Shown: piece by piece, positions 1 through 12,149 of the stretch
How positions within the stretch are numbered: the stretch's first letter is position 1
Layout: each line of letters begins with the position of its first letter
Source: Spirogloea muscicola
Lineage: Eukaryota
Assembly (NCBI GenBank): GCA_009602725.1
Contig: WELB01000018.1
Span: forward strand, 301,802-348,727
Direction: 5' to 3'
DNA: 46,926 nt
Position numbers and translations under genes: made by a program
Notes under the pieces: model-generated
Database searches by the model: none
What the model was told of the DNA's origin: nothing
The model's input: only the letters and a program-made list of their open reading frames with translations

Positions 1-2632
1 GCGCCCGCCAGTCATGAGGACATCGAGCATAGGGTGCAGCGCCAGGCAGTAGACGCCGCTGAGGTGCCCGTGGTATGACCTGATTACCTGCCGCCCTTGC
101 CAGACGCGTGCGTCAGTGCGATTGCAGCAACAACGTGACCAAGATTTGCCAACATAATGAAAGACTGGAGTATGCCAAAGTTGCTTGCGAGCCCACCATG
201 CTTCAGCACAATCCTCCATGCAAGGAGTGCACTGATGGACTCGGAGTATAAGAGACACCAATTTGAGGATGAAAGGAAGTCAGTAAGCACCTTGTTGTAC
301 TCAAGGTCCCAGCACTTGACCATCTTATCATCACCCGCTGAGAACATGTATGGGTGCCTGGGGCTCACTGCAAGGCCTGCACCAGTGCAACTTGGCCTTC
401 AGCACAAGGACTACTAGTCATGCCGATGCTGTACAAGTCCCTACACTTTAAGTAACCACGGCCACAGGGAACCCCTATCAGCACAGTGTGACGCCGATGC
501 TGTACTAAGCCTTCACTTTCAGTCACTAGACCAGCATTTATGTCCTTAGGACCTCTAATCTGCTCGATGTGCCCCGTGAGCGTGAGCTTCAACTTCCCCG
601 TCGCAGTCTCCCAGATCTGCATGCAACATGTCACGGGGGTACAAGCTGGTCAGTTGAGCTCCATGGCTGCGTCACATCAGCGGACCTGTCAGCATGGAAG
701 CTGCTTACTTTGAGAGCATCGTTTCAAAGGCAAATCTCGAGAGCCTGTCTAAGACATTCTGTCCCCTTTGAGATTGTTGGCAATTCGACAAGCACCTTGA
801 TTGTCCGGTCTGCCGACCCCGTGCAGAACCACTCGTTGGCAGGCTCAAAGGCCACAGACCGCACCCAGCCCAGGTGGCCACTGATGACCTGGCGCAGGAG
901 GAGCTCCATATGAACATGAGTGTCCGCGTCCACGCCAACGTTAGTAAGAGTGAGAGAGAGAGATATATATATATATATATGCTGTGGCTGTACAAAGGGG
1001 CCCATGTGAGCAGAGAGATAGGATAATTCCTACGCTGCAAGCAACAAGCCCTACTTGGAACCTGAACAAAGGCACAATTGCGGTATCTATCTCCAGCGTC
1101 CTCCTCAGGAGAAACAAGCTCCACCAGTGGTCCACCTTCCTAGCCTCTATCCTTGGGGTGATTTCTAAGTACAGCTTGAAGTTGTCAGCATGATAGTAAG
1201 GCTCAGGAAAGTCATGCTAAGGGAGACCGCGTGCACGAGCTAGTGAGGCTGCTTACCCGGTAGTTTTTCCAAGGTGGGTGCCACACGGGCTTTGGCCACT
1301 TACTCGGCAGCCGCTTCATCACTTGTGCGCTCGGCATGTACCTGCATGTCGCCAATGGGTGGGAGGGAGGACGATCTTGCTGACCAGATATCCTAGCCTT
1401 GCTTGACTGAGACGTTCAATTGGAGCGTAGGCTCAACGTCCAAGCATCTCTGATACTAAGCATGCTGTCAACTTCCAATAAATTGCTTTGTTTATAGATT
1501 GTTGCAGTACACTGTTGCGCCATCTGTCAGTGCACGCAGAGCTGTGAGGGCACTGGCAGCTGCGACTCAAGCGCGCACCTCTCAGCAACGGTGGTCGAGG
1601 GCTTGGCCTGGGCGAGGGCCTTGGTCTCGGGCGCGGCGCCAATCTGCGAGCTGTGGAAGTGGCAGAGATGCCGTGTGCGATTGGCAGGCTGCCTCCTCTC
1701 CAGCAATCCAGCACCAACACCAATCAAAACCAAGGTCCAACACTTGCAAGACGGAACCTCGCGGCACTAAGTAGTGGGGACTAACAGCAACTTGCCGCAT
1801 GAGGAGGAAGGAGGCAACCGACTTGGCCGACGGTTGGGGAGCGATGGCGACCATCTGCATGCCCTTGCCGTCAGGAGTGGCGCTGAGAGCTCCGTCAAGC
1901 CCCACTTCACAACAACACAAGCGCGACGTGGTCAGCTGTCGTGCCACGGTAGGTATTGTCTCTAATGAATTTCAATTCACTGTAGCAGCTGCAGAGTCTG
2001 CTACTGGACTAGCTAGTGCCAGTCTCAAGGTCAAGCCTCGGCGAGCTTTGCATATCGCAGCTTGCTGTGACGAAGTCTAGCAGCCCATCGCCTTTGACCA
2101 CGAGTGCTGTGCCTCAAGAGGAGCACGCAGCACTCTGCGATGAGCCATACCTTTGGCGCTCGGCAGGGTTGAGCTCGGAGCGGACCCATTGTCAGCGCCA
2201 CCCAGCGGCACGGCGTCCTTCACCAGGAGCGCCGGCGGCGGCATGTCCTTCACCGCGGCATACTCGAGGCGCACCTGCACCGGCTTCCCAGAGCCTCGTT
2301 AGCCCGGAGCACCATTGCGCTATCGTCACGGGGATGAAGGCCAGGACGACGTCGGCAGGGCGGACGGCGGCGAGCGAGCTTGGCGAGCACACCTTGCATG
2401 CCTGCCGCTCCTCCAAGCTGCTCGGGGACGCCGACATGGTGCCGCAGGCAGCACCGCCGCCAAGGCAATGGCCGCCATCAGAGCTGGTAGTGTAGTGTCG
2501 AGCCCGGATGGTCGGACACCGGGGCGGCGCCCGCCGGCGGCCGCCATTGGCAGTCGAGCGAGCGAGCTGGCGCTGGCGCAGAGGGCGGAGGCGGCGCCGC
2601 ACCTGCGGGGGTCGGGCGCCGGCCGGGCGCCG
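1..2632 (-). CDS. PRL1: PRL1/PLRG1/Prp46 WD40 spliceosome (NTC/MAC) protein; multi-exon, start lies in the N gap and the 3' end runs off the window
   Basis: GT-AG exons at about 2603-2632, 2393-2417, 2150-2273, 1257-1341, 796-888, 553-616, 291-376 and 1-87 give ...[26 protein letters not shown]...[130 protein letters not shown]. This closely matches plant PRL1. Exons between 1341 and 2150 are not resolved. Confidence 0.96.
952..980. repeat. Compound (GA)n(TA)n microsatellite in a PRL1 intron
   Basis: Direct reading: gagagagagagatatatatatatatatat. Confidence 0.9.
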
Positions 2633-3484
2633 NNNNNNNNNNNNNNNNNNNNNNNNNNNNNNNNNNNNNNNNNNNNNNNNNNNNNNNNNNNNNNNNNNNN
2701 NNNNNNNNNNNNNNNNNNNNNNNNNNNNNNNNNNNNNNNNNNNNNNNNNNNNNNNNNNNNNNNNNNNNNNNNNNNNNNNNNNNNNNNNNNNNNNNNNNNN
2801 NNNNNNNNNNNNNNNNNNNNNNNNNNNNNNNNNNNNNNNNNNNNNNNNNNNNNNNNNNNNNNNNNNNNNNNNNNNNNNNNNNNNNNNNNNNNNNNNNNNN
2901 NNNNNNNNNNNNNNNNNNNNNNNNNNNNNNNNNNNNNNNNNNNNNNNNNNNNNNNNNNNNNNNNNNNNNNNNNNNNNNNNNNNNNNNNNNNNNNNNNNNN
3001 NNNNNNNNNNNNNNNNNNNNNNNNNNNNNNNNNNNNNNNNNNNNNNNNNNNNNNNNNNNNNNNNNNNNNNNNNNNNNNNNNNNNNNNNNNNNNNNNNNNN
3101 NNNNNNNNNNNNNNNNNNNNNNNNNNNNNNNNNNNNNNNNNNNNNNNNNNNNNNNNNNNNNNNNNNNNNNNNNNNNNNNNNNNNNNNNNNNNNNNNNNNN
3201 NNNNNNNNNNNNNNNNNNNNNNNNNNNNNNNNNNNNNNNNNNNNNNNNNNNNNNNNNNNNNNNNNNNNNNNNNNNNNNNNNNNNNNNNNNNNNNNNNNNN
3301 NNNNNNNNNNNNNNNNNNNNNNNNNNNNNNNNNNNNNNNNNNNNNNNNNNNNNNNNNNNNNNNNNNNNNNNNNNNNNNNNNNNNNNNNNNNNNNNNNNNN
3401 NNNNNNNNNNNNNNNNNNNNNNNNNNNNNNNNNNNNNNNNNNNNNNNNNNNNNNNNNNNNNNNNNNNNNNNNNNNNNNNNNNNN
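2633..3484. other. Assembly gap (852 N)
   Basis: N run between very GC-rich flanks; same length as the second gap. Confidence 0.99.
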
Positions 3485-3935
3485 GCGGCGGCGCCGCCGG
3501 GGGGGCCGGCGGCGGCGGCGGCGGCCGCCACCACCACCACCGGGACCACCTGGAGCGGCAGCCGTACGTGGTGACCATCGTCACGCCGCCGCCGCGCCAC
3601 CTTGGCACGCACGCCCTGCCTCCGGTGCGCCCGCCGGCCCCGAACCCCAAGAGACTATCACATTTACGCAGAGCTGGCCCTGCGTGCTGGCTCTCGGCAT
3701 GAGCGGATCCTTGCGCGGCCTGCCCACCATTGCCGTCGCCTCGTGGCCGCCGCAGAACACCCAGTGCGGCGAGACGGTGACCGTGAGCGGGGAGCCGTAC
3801 ATCGTCTCCGGCGTCACCTACTGCTACCAGCTGCGGCGCGGGCGCTACGAGGCCGCGCAGCAACACCTCGAGGTCCAGAGCACCGGCCGCTACCTGGTCA
3901 ACCTGTTCCTTGACGACCTCATGGACCTATCTTGA
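3485..3935 (+). CDS. Small conserved plant protein of unknown function (5' part in gap)
   Basis: Exon 3485-3624 (CCG|gtgcgc) and exon 3756-3935 (ccgcag|AAC) give ...HLERQPYVVTIVTPPPRHLGTHALPP|NTQCGETVTVSGEPYIVSGVTYCYQLRRGRYEAAQQHLEVQSTGRYLVNLFLDDLMDLS*. From memory this resembles a conserved uncharacterised green-plant family (YQLRxGRYE...L(D/E)VQSTGRY motif). Confidence 0.8.
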
Positions 3936-4459
3936 AGCCCCATCGCCCAATGCCAGCCCATCGCACTAGCCAACACCCATAACTGCAGGTTTCCTTGCTG
4001 CAAGCGCGGCGGCGGCAGTTTAGAAAGGCAGCAGGTTGCGGAAGTCGCCTTGATTCTGCTCACCTCACAGATGTGATAGTTGAGCCTACAGTTGAGCCAA
4101 TAATGCACACCACGATGCTGAGGGCCAGCTGACGGACAACCCGTGTGTGGCAACCTCAATGCAGCTGATTAGCTGCTCTGATGACAGAGCCACAGTCGCT
4201 GTGTGTGTTCATCTCCTTTTCATTGGCACCTGCTCTACAGCTTGTAATGATGCCGACTGAATTGCCCGTGGAACTGACATACATTGGATTTAGAAGTGCA
4301 CAGTCGCCGGTCCAATCGTCTCTCCACTCTGAAGCAGATTATTTGCAGCTCACGCAGGCACCTTCGCCTGCGTGGCGCTGGGTTGCGCAGCCTGGCGATG
4401 GACATTTATGCTGATGCAAGAGCATCAACAAGTTGAAATACTTTTAAAAAGACTGCAAT

Positions 4460-6350
4460 TCAAGCTCGTGATCCTCGCCGTAACGTCCGCTGCTGCATCT
4501 GCTGCCTTTGAGCAGGCCGCGAGCGCTCGACTCCTAACCTGTGCCGCTGGGGCGCAGCAGCAGGCGGGCTGCCTGAAAGGTCATTTCCTGATGGCGAATC
4601 TACAGCCAAGCACTCGCTGGCATCGCCAATGGCCAGGCCGGTAGCAGCAGTGGTGGCTGCTTCCACAGCGCCGCCAAAGTCTGTGGCTGTTGACACAACA
4701 ATCAGTCCCCCCATTGATGCCTCCTCGCCGCTGCTCCTACTGCTACTAAAATCATACCGCCGAGGCTCAATGATTCCGCCCCTCGCGTGCTGTGTGGCCA
4801 GGATGGCATCATATGCTGCCCTCCGCTGGCCCTCCGCCTCGCTGCAAGCCTCGTCTGGCATGACCTCCTTAATCTGCAGCTCCAGAAGTGGCTCAATCCC
4901 AGCAAGTCGGCTGGCCGCAACAGTCACTGGAACAGCAATAGATGGCTGATGCAGCCGAGCACACACAATGGACAGGTCTCACCTGCTTCATGCCGCCCCA
5001 AATGGTGCCAGTAGTGTCGATGGCTGCTGCATCCATCTGTGCAGCCAGGCGACTGAGGTCGTCTGACGCAATGCTGGCTCGGCACACCGGGCATGCCAGG
5101 TCTGCCGGCGCCTTGGCTGCCACTGTCACATTCTCAATTGTCCGCCTGCTACAGCCAGCTCAAGTCCCGGATAAATTATACCTCACTGCAAGAGGCCTGA
5201 AACAGTTTTTTGATATTATCAACCTTAGTGGCCTCAGGAAGCTACAGCGCAGTGGCTTAAAACACTGGATGAGACTTGAATTTTATGAGCGTGTCGCAAG
5301 CGGTTCCATGTAGCAACCCGGCATTTGATGGAGAAGGGCCCACCTCCTAGCAGTCTGGCGGGCCGGCTGGCGGACGAGCTCGTCGTTACCGCTGCTGGCC
5401 GGAGCAGACTGCTGCACTGCCTCCTGGTGTCTTATGCCGCTAGGCTCGTCTAGGGGGGCCTGCTGCTGCTGCGCAAGCAGCCAATGCCACCAGTCGCGGA
5501 AGCAGGCACTGTCCTGGCGCGCAGCCGCCCCCCGCCGCCACCAACGGGCACCACAGGGCTGTCAAGTCTCAAGAAGGTGTAACCCTCTGTCACGAGCTCA
5601 AGCCCTGAACCACAACGCCGACTCTTGGCCCAACCCTTATGACCATAAGCCTGACATACATGCGTGCATCCTGACGGAACACTATCCTAGTGCCTCGCAC
5701 TTCAGCACCTGCAGCCACTGCCTTCAGGCCGCCTCACCGGTGGAAGCAGTGGAAGCACTCGCCGAGCTTGATGACGTCGTCGTCTGCCGCCGCTGCCGCA
5801 GCCTCCGCCTCTTTCGCAGCCGACGCAGGCCGCGACAGCTGTGACAGGCAGAAGCTGCAGTCGCCCTCGGGCGCGTTCATCTCCGTGAGCAGATCCCGCG
5901 CAGCCTGCCAGTGGCGCCATGCCGCGGCTGCGGCCATCGCCGTTAGCCAGCCGGCGACGCGGACACAGAGGAGGCAGCCGCCCAGATCAGGGGTTGCGGC
6001 TTGCCTCACAGAGAGCGACCAGCATCGGCTCTCCAGCGAGGCTGCGGCCCTGCGCTGCTAGTTCCAGAAGCAGCCGCCGCCGCCGGATGTCGCTCAGGCC
6101 GCGCGCGCGTCGCAGCGCCAGGCGCGGCGGCTCCGAGGGGTACTGCGGCACCTCAAGAATGACAGCAGCGGCTGAACCAAGTCAGCACGTCAAGACCTCG
6201 TCGTCGGCGTCCCCCAGCCGCTCGCCGAACGAGCCCCCGACCAACGCGCGCAATGGATGGTCACAGGCGGCAGCTGAAGGTCGGTACTGCGGCGCGAGGC
6301 CCGGCGCTCACCTCGGCGCCGGTCTCCATCACAAGGGTCGCCGCGACGTA
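4460..6350 (-). CDS. RNF25-like RWD-domain/RING E3 ubiquitin ligase (5' part in gap)
   Basis: Exons give YVAATLVMETGAE|YPSEPPRLALRRARGLSD...LAGEPMLVALCE (RWD), then |AARDLLTEMNAPEGDCSFCL...KLGECFHCFH|..CFRDWWHW...CPVCRASI (RING-H2), then QHARGGIIEP (the RNF25 C-terminal GGII motif). Stop is taken at 4460. Confidence 0.88.
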
Positions 6351-6429
6351 CTGGCGTGCCGCAACAGTAACAGCGCCGCCGGCCGTCAGCGCCGATGGTC
6401 GAGCTGGCTGCGTTAATATGGCAAGGACC

Positions 6430-6522
6430 GAGGGAGGAGGAGGGGGAGGAAGGAGGGAGGACGGGAGGCAGGAGGGAGGGAGGCAGGAGGGAGGAGGGAG
6501 GGAGGGAGGAGGGAGGGAGCAG
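6430..6522. repeat. Purine-rich (GGGA/GGA)n low-complexity tract next to the gap
   Basis: Direct reading: gagggaggaggagggggaggaaggagggagg...gggagggagcag. Confidence 0.85.
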
Positions 6523-7374
6523 NNNNNNNNNNNNNNNNNNNNNNNNNNNNNNNNNNNNNNNNNNNNNNNNNNNNNNNNNNNNNNNNNNNNNNNNNNNNNN
6601 NNNNNNNNNNNNNNNNNNNNNNNNNNNNNNNNNNNNNNNNNNNNNNNNNNNNNNNNNNNNNNNNNNNNNNNNNNNNNNNNNNNNNNNNNNNNNNNNNNNN
6701 NNNNNNNNNNNNNNNNNNNNNNNNNNNNNNNNNNNNNNNNNNNNNNNNNNNNNNNNNNNNNNNNNNNNNNNNNNNNNNNNNNNNNNNNNNNNNNNNNNNN
6801 NNNNNNNNNNNNNNNNNNNNNNNNNNNNNNNNNNNNNNNNNNNNNNNNNNNNNNNNNNNNNNNNNNNNNNNNNNNNNNNNNNNNNNNNNNNNNNNNNNNN
6901 NNNNNNNNNNNNNNNNNNNNNNNNNNNNNNNNNNNNNNNNNNNNNNNNNNNNNNNNNNNNNNNNNNNNNNNNNNNNNNNNNNNNNNNNNNNNNNNNNNNN
7001 NNNNNNNNNNNNNNNNNNNNNNNNNNNNNNNNNNNNNNNNNNNNNNNNNNNNNNNNNNNNNNNNNNNNNNNNNNNNNNNNNNNNNNNNNNNNNNNNNNNN
7101 NNNNNNNNNNNNNNNNNNNNNNNNNNNNNNNNNNNNNNNNNNNNNNNNNNNNNNNNNNNNNNNNNNNNNNNNNNNNNNNNNNNNNNNNNNNNNNNNNNNN
7201 NNNNNNNNNNNNNNNNNNNNNNNNNNNNNNNNNNNNNNNNNNNNNNNNNNNNNNNNNNNNNNNNNNNNNNNNNNNNNNNNNNNNNNNNNNNNNNNNNNNN
7301 NNNNNNNNNNNNNNNNNNNNNNNNNNNNNNNNNNNNNNNNNNNNNNNNNNNNNNNNNNNNNNNNNNNNNNNNNN
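6523..7374. other. Assembly gap (852 N)
   Basis: N run; hides the starts of the divergent RNF25-like and F-box genes. Confidence 0.99.
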
Positions 7375-10300
7375 GCCGCGCCGGCGCCTCCGACCGCCGA
7401 GGAGGCAGCAGCCCCGCCGGCCGCGCACGGCGGCGGGGGCAGCGTCTCGGCAGACCCGGAGGACGGCTGCGGCGGTGCAGCTGCCGCAGACTTCTCCAGC
7501 GATCTCGTGCACAAGGCAAGAGCAGCCCTCTCGCTTTGACTTGGTCGCCGTCGGCGGCTCTGCTGGCGCTGCTGCGCCGCAGCCGTCGCCGCGCTGCGGT
7601 GCTCGGACCATTGAGGCAATGGCGGCTGCTGCGGCTCTGCACGCAGATCTTCTCCACGCTGAGCCGGCGGGACCTGTGCAGCGCCGCGGCGGTGTGCCGC
7701 CAGTGGGCGGCTGTGAGCATGCACCCCGACTTCTGGCGCTCCCTGGCCTTCACCGGGCCCCAGCTGGCGCAGGCGACAGTCTGCCGCTTGTGCAGGCGGT
7801 ACGGCGCCCACGTCGCGTCGCTGGCGCTACGTGGCAATGGCAGCAGCGGAGCGGCCGCCGACGGCCCCGGCGGCGACGCACTGCTGGTGCAGACTCTGCT
7901 GCTGTGGGAGGCAGCGCCGGTGCTGCCTGCGCTGCGGGAGCTCGCCCTCGCCGCGTGCGAGCTCGGCCGGCCGCTCTGCAAGGCGCTGCCCACGCGCAAG
8001 TTCGCCGCGCTGACGAGCCTCAGCATCCACGAGGTGTTCTGGGGGCCGCCCGAGGTCGCCATCGAGCACGCGACGCTCTCGGCCCTCCGCATCACCAGCT
8101 GCTGCGCCCTGCGCATCACCATCAAGTGCGCCGTGCCCTCTGCTCCTCCCTGCTGCCACGACCGCACTGCCGCCGCTCAGCATCGGCGCTGGCCGCCATC
8201 GTAGCGCCAATGGTCGTGCTCTTGACTGGCAGCTTCAGAAGAGTCCTGCCCTGTCCTCACTCCTCCTCCCTCCTCCCTCCCTATCTCTCCTCCCCTCCCT
8301 CCTCCATCCTCCTTCCCTCCAGGTGCCCGATGCTAGAGACGCTGTCGCTGCGCAAAAATACAGCAACATCGCTGTCGCTGGCCTGCCCCGTGCTCTGGAC
8401 ACTGGACCTCGCCAGCTGCCCCAAGCTGGCTGACAGCGCCGTCCGCGAAGCTGCCACATCGTGCCCGCTCCTCCGCGCTCTCGACGTGTCAGGGTGCCCC
8501 AACCTGTCCGACGACACGCTGCACGATGTGGGGACCGCATGCACAGGCCTCGCCCACCTCGACGCGTCGCACTGCCCGCTCCTCTCGCTCGAGGGTGTGC
8601 GGCTGCTCGCGCTGGTGGAGGCCCGCCTCGAGGGCTGCGAAGCGATCGGCGCAGAGGCGGTGGAGGCGCTCAACCACTCGGGAGCGCTCGAGCTCCTCTG
8701 CCTCGACCGGTGCTGGCTGCTGGGCGCCGTAGCGCTCTCCCTGCCCGTGCTTGCCTCACTCTCCCTCGCACACTGCCGCAAGCTGCAGGCGCTCACGCTC
8801 GTCGTGCCCGTCCTCACATCCCTCGCCCTCACCTCCTGCCCGTTCCTCGCCTCCGTCAGCATCAAGTCCCTGGCGCTGCAGGTATGTGTGGACCGTCGTT
8901 GCTGTTGCAGTTGCTGCCGCTTCCCTGCCTCAGGGGCTCCACAGGCACAATGAGCTCACAGATGATGTGATGTCTGCGCGCCAAGATCGCACTTAATTGA
9001 GATGTAAGGCGCGGCTTGTTGACATTCCATGGCCTGCACTCACCTGATGCCCGCTTGCCGGCGGTTGCAGACGCTGGCGCTGCGGGCGCAGCCGCGGCTG
9101 TGCTCGCTGGAGCTCGACTGCCCCGGCCTCTTGTCGGCGAACCTGTCCGAGTGCGACATGCTGCCCGACGCTGCTCTGGCCACTTTCTCCAGCAACAGTA
9201 TCGCCAGCACCGGCGGCTGCCCCAGACTGCTGTCGCTCCTGCTTGATGCATGCGAGGTAAGCTGAGAGGAAGCCACTCGACTGACTTGCGCCTCCCAGGG
9301 CCTCTCAGTTGGACGAGGGAGCTAATGATGTGGCCCTGGAGGGCTGCCAATTTTGTGCAGACCCTTCAGGAGGTGAAGCTGTGCTGCTCCTCTCTGCGCT
9401 CGCTGTCGCTTGCCGGCTGCTCCTCGCTCGAGGCACTGGCGCTCACGTGCCCCGTGCTGCGGCACCTCCAGCTTGAGGGCTGCGACCGCCTCGCCGCTGC
9501 CAGCCTTAACCCGGTCTGTGCCTGTGGCTTTGCCAGCATTGCCACTACCTCAAAGCTTGGCTCCAGATGATGGATGTAGTCCAGTGGATTTAATTTTAAG
9601 GCCTGGTCCTTAATATTCATACAAGGATGAAGCGAGTTCAGGGCATGAGTGATGATTGTTGGTGAGTGCCACATTTGGTGAGTGCTTCGCAGGTTGGCTT
9701 GGCGGAGCTCAGCCTGGGCATCTGCCCTCACCTCGTGACGCTGCGCCTCTGCGCGAGCAGCCTGGCCAGCCTCGACCTCAAGGGCTGCGGCGGCTTGCGC
9801 AAGCTCGAGCTCACCTGCCCAGCGCTCACCACGCTTGACGCATCGTACTGCAGGTCAGGGCAAAGTAGTTCATCTTATGGCTGCTCCCCCGCATACCTCC
9901 CTTTGTCTGTTCTCACCTTCCTATCGGCCTCCCTCTCCTGAAGCTGAGCTCAAAAGCAGAATTGGACCTGACTTTGTATATTGATCCTTAATTGACTTTG
10001 TATTATGGCCCTTAACTCTTCTAAATGCTTCTCCTCCCCCCTTCCTTACCGCTGACAGCCAGTTGGACGATGCTTCCCTGGCGGACGTGGCGCGGAGTTC
10101 CCCGCGGCTGTCCACGCTCGTGCTGGCGGCGTGCCCCGTCTTCCGGTCGCAGGGCCTGTTCACACTGCGCGCGCTCGCGGAGCTCACCACGCTCGACCTC
10201 TCCTACACATTCCTCACTGCCCTCGCGCCCATCCTTACCTGCTGTCCTAAGCTCCAGGCAATGCCCGCCCCCGAGGCGCCAAAGTCCCTGCTAGTCTTTC

Positions 10301-11747
10301 TAGCCTTATACACGTTCAGATGCCATGGGCCTTGTGTGTATCCAGCTATATTCACCAACTTCTCAAGTATCTCAGATATGTTCTCAAGAATAGTAAACCT
10401 TCTATATTATATATTCTCTGGTGCAATCGGATAATCGGTGGTTCATTCCTGTTACTGACAGCCATCCTGCTTAACCATGTTGGTGTGGAGCACGGCAGGT
10501 GCTGCGGCTGTCAGCGTGCAAGTACTTGGAGCAGGACGCTCTGACGCCGCTGTGCCAGGTGGCCAGCAGCAGCAGCCGCAGCGATAGCAGTGGCAACGGC
10601 GGGCTGCCGCCACTGCGCTCGCTGCGGGAGCTGGACGCGTCGTACTCCTCCCTGCGTGCGCCAGCACTGGAGGAGCTTCTGCGCTCGTGCCCACGCCTGA
10701 CGCACGTCTCGCTCAATGGCTCGCCACACGTTGCCGACTCCCTGTGGGCCTGCATCGGCTCTTACGGTAGTAGCAGCGGCAGCGCCAGCAGCGGGTGGGG
10801 CCTCCGGTGGCTCAGCTGTGTGGGCTGCCATGGCCTGCGGAGCGTGCGCATCGCCCCCGGCGCGACGTGCGGCCGACTCGCTGCCCTCAATATTGCACTT
10901 GCTGCCAACCTTCGCTCAGTGCAGCTTTCCTGCCCCAGCCTTGTGAGCCTGACGCTCAGGTGAGGCCCTGGCCCCACTTGCTGCTGCCATTACCAGGCTA
11001 AGTTGGAAGTGAGATTCTTGCTCGACGCTGGCCACGAGTTCCGCGAGACGCCTGCATGCGCCGGTGAGGGTCGAGCTCAGGGCTCTTGGCATTTGTCGAG
11101 CAGCAAGTGCATGGCGCTGGAGGTGCTGGAGCTCGACTGTCCGCGCCTCAACTCCCTCCTCCTACAGGCAATGGTCCATCTGCAAGGCCCCCTTGTATCA
11201 TGCCAACGATTTCTACCGTCACGCATCCTAATATAATACGCGTATATTAAATCACTCCTGCATGCCTCTGCATTTGAAACGGGTTGGTCTCCATCAAGCG
11301 GTGCTTGCTTGAGAGACGCATTCATAGACATAGACTTGGCGCTCAATTTTGGTTCTCCCTTCGATGCTGGCCTGCGCAGGGATGTGCTCTGGAGGGCTCC
11401 ACGCTGGAGTGCGCACTGGCTGGTTGCAGCATGCTGGAGACGCTGGATGTCCGCAACTGTGCCAAGGTGAGCAGGCATTGCTGCGCACAGGCTGATTTAT
11501 ATGAATGGCTGAGAACCCGCTGGCATACTGCTTGCTGGCTTGAATCAGTAAGCTACCTATCAATCACTGTTGTGCTCTCATGTACCTCCTTGACCAGTTC
11601 TGAGTTGCTCTGCCCCAAGTTACTGCTGCGAACGCTGAAACAGTAATGCGATGATGTTACTCTGTCATGTACCAGCTCACAGCGGACTCCCTGGCCCGCA
11701 TGAGGTCCTGCTGCCCAAGCCTGCGCCGTCTGTATAGTAGCATCTGA
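7375..11747 (+). CDS. FBL15: F-box/LRR-repeat protein 15 (SLOMO/FBL15)-like, about 11 visible exons, start in gap
   Basis: F-box DFSSDLVHK|IFSTLSRRDLCSAAAVCRQWAAVSMHPDFWRSLAF is followed by many cysteine-containing LRRs (CPVLWTLDLASCPKLADSAVREAATSCPLLRALDVSGC; LSLGICPHL; LDLKGCG; LDLSYTFL; LRLSACKYL; LETLDVRNC). The C-terminus is RMRSCCPSLRRLYSSI* (TGA 11745-11747), like plant SLOMO. Confidence 0.9.
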
Positions 11748-12149
11748 AAGTGCCAGCAACCTGGCAGGACCCAGCTGGCCAGTTAGCTATACCCTCCGGC
11801 CAGCATTGCTGCGAGCTTGCTTGACTGAAGTGAGCTTTGTAGGCGGCTATTTTGTTGTATCCCTAGTAACAGATCTTGAGCCATTTTCCCATTTAGCCAC
11901 TTTTAGCCACGTTGCCATTTAGCTGGCTTGCAAGCCTGCTCTTGCTCTCAGTGAGCATTGCCCAATCCGCCATAAAGACGGCTCTGACTGACAGCACTGC
12001 AGGAGAAGCTTATACACGAAGACCCTCAATCGTGAGAGGTTTGTTACAGGTGCAGGGGCCCACTGAAAGACGGCTTGGCTTTGATTTTGGTTTGGGCCGG
12101 TGCGATGTGTTGAAAGATTTTGTGATCATTTTGCACGCTGTGGGAATGC

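Noticed and set aside
2315..8953. Long ORFs (419-852 aa) spanning the N runs
   Set aside because: Artefacts of translating through N gaps.
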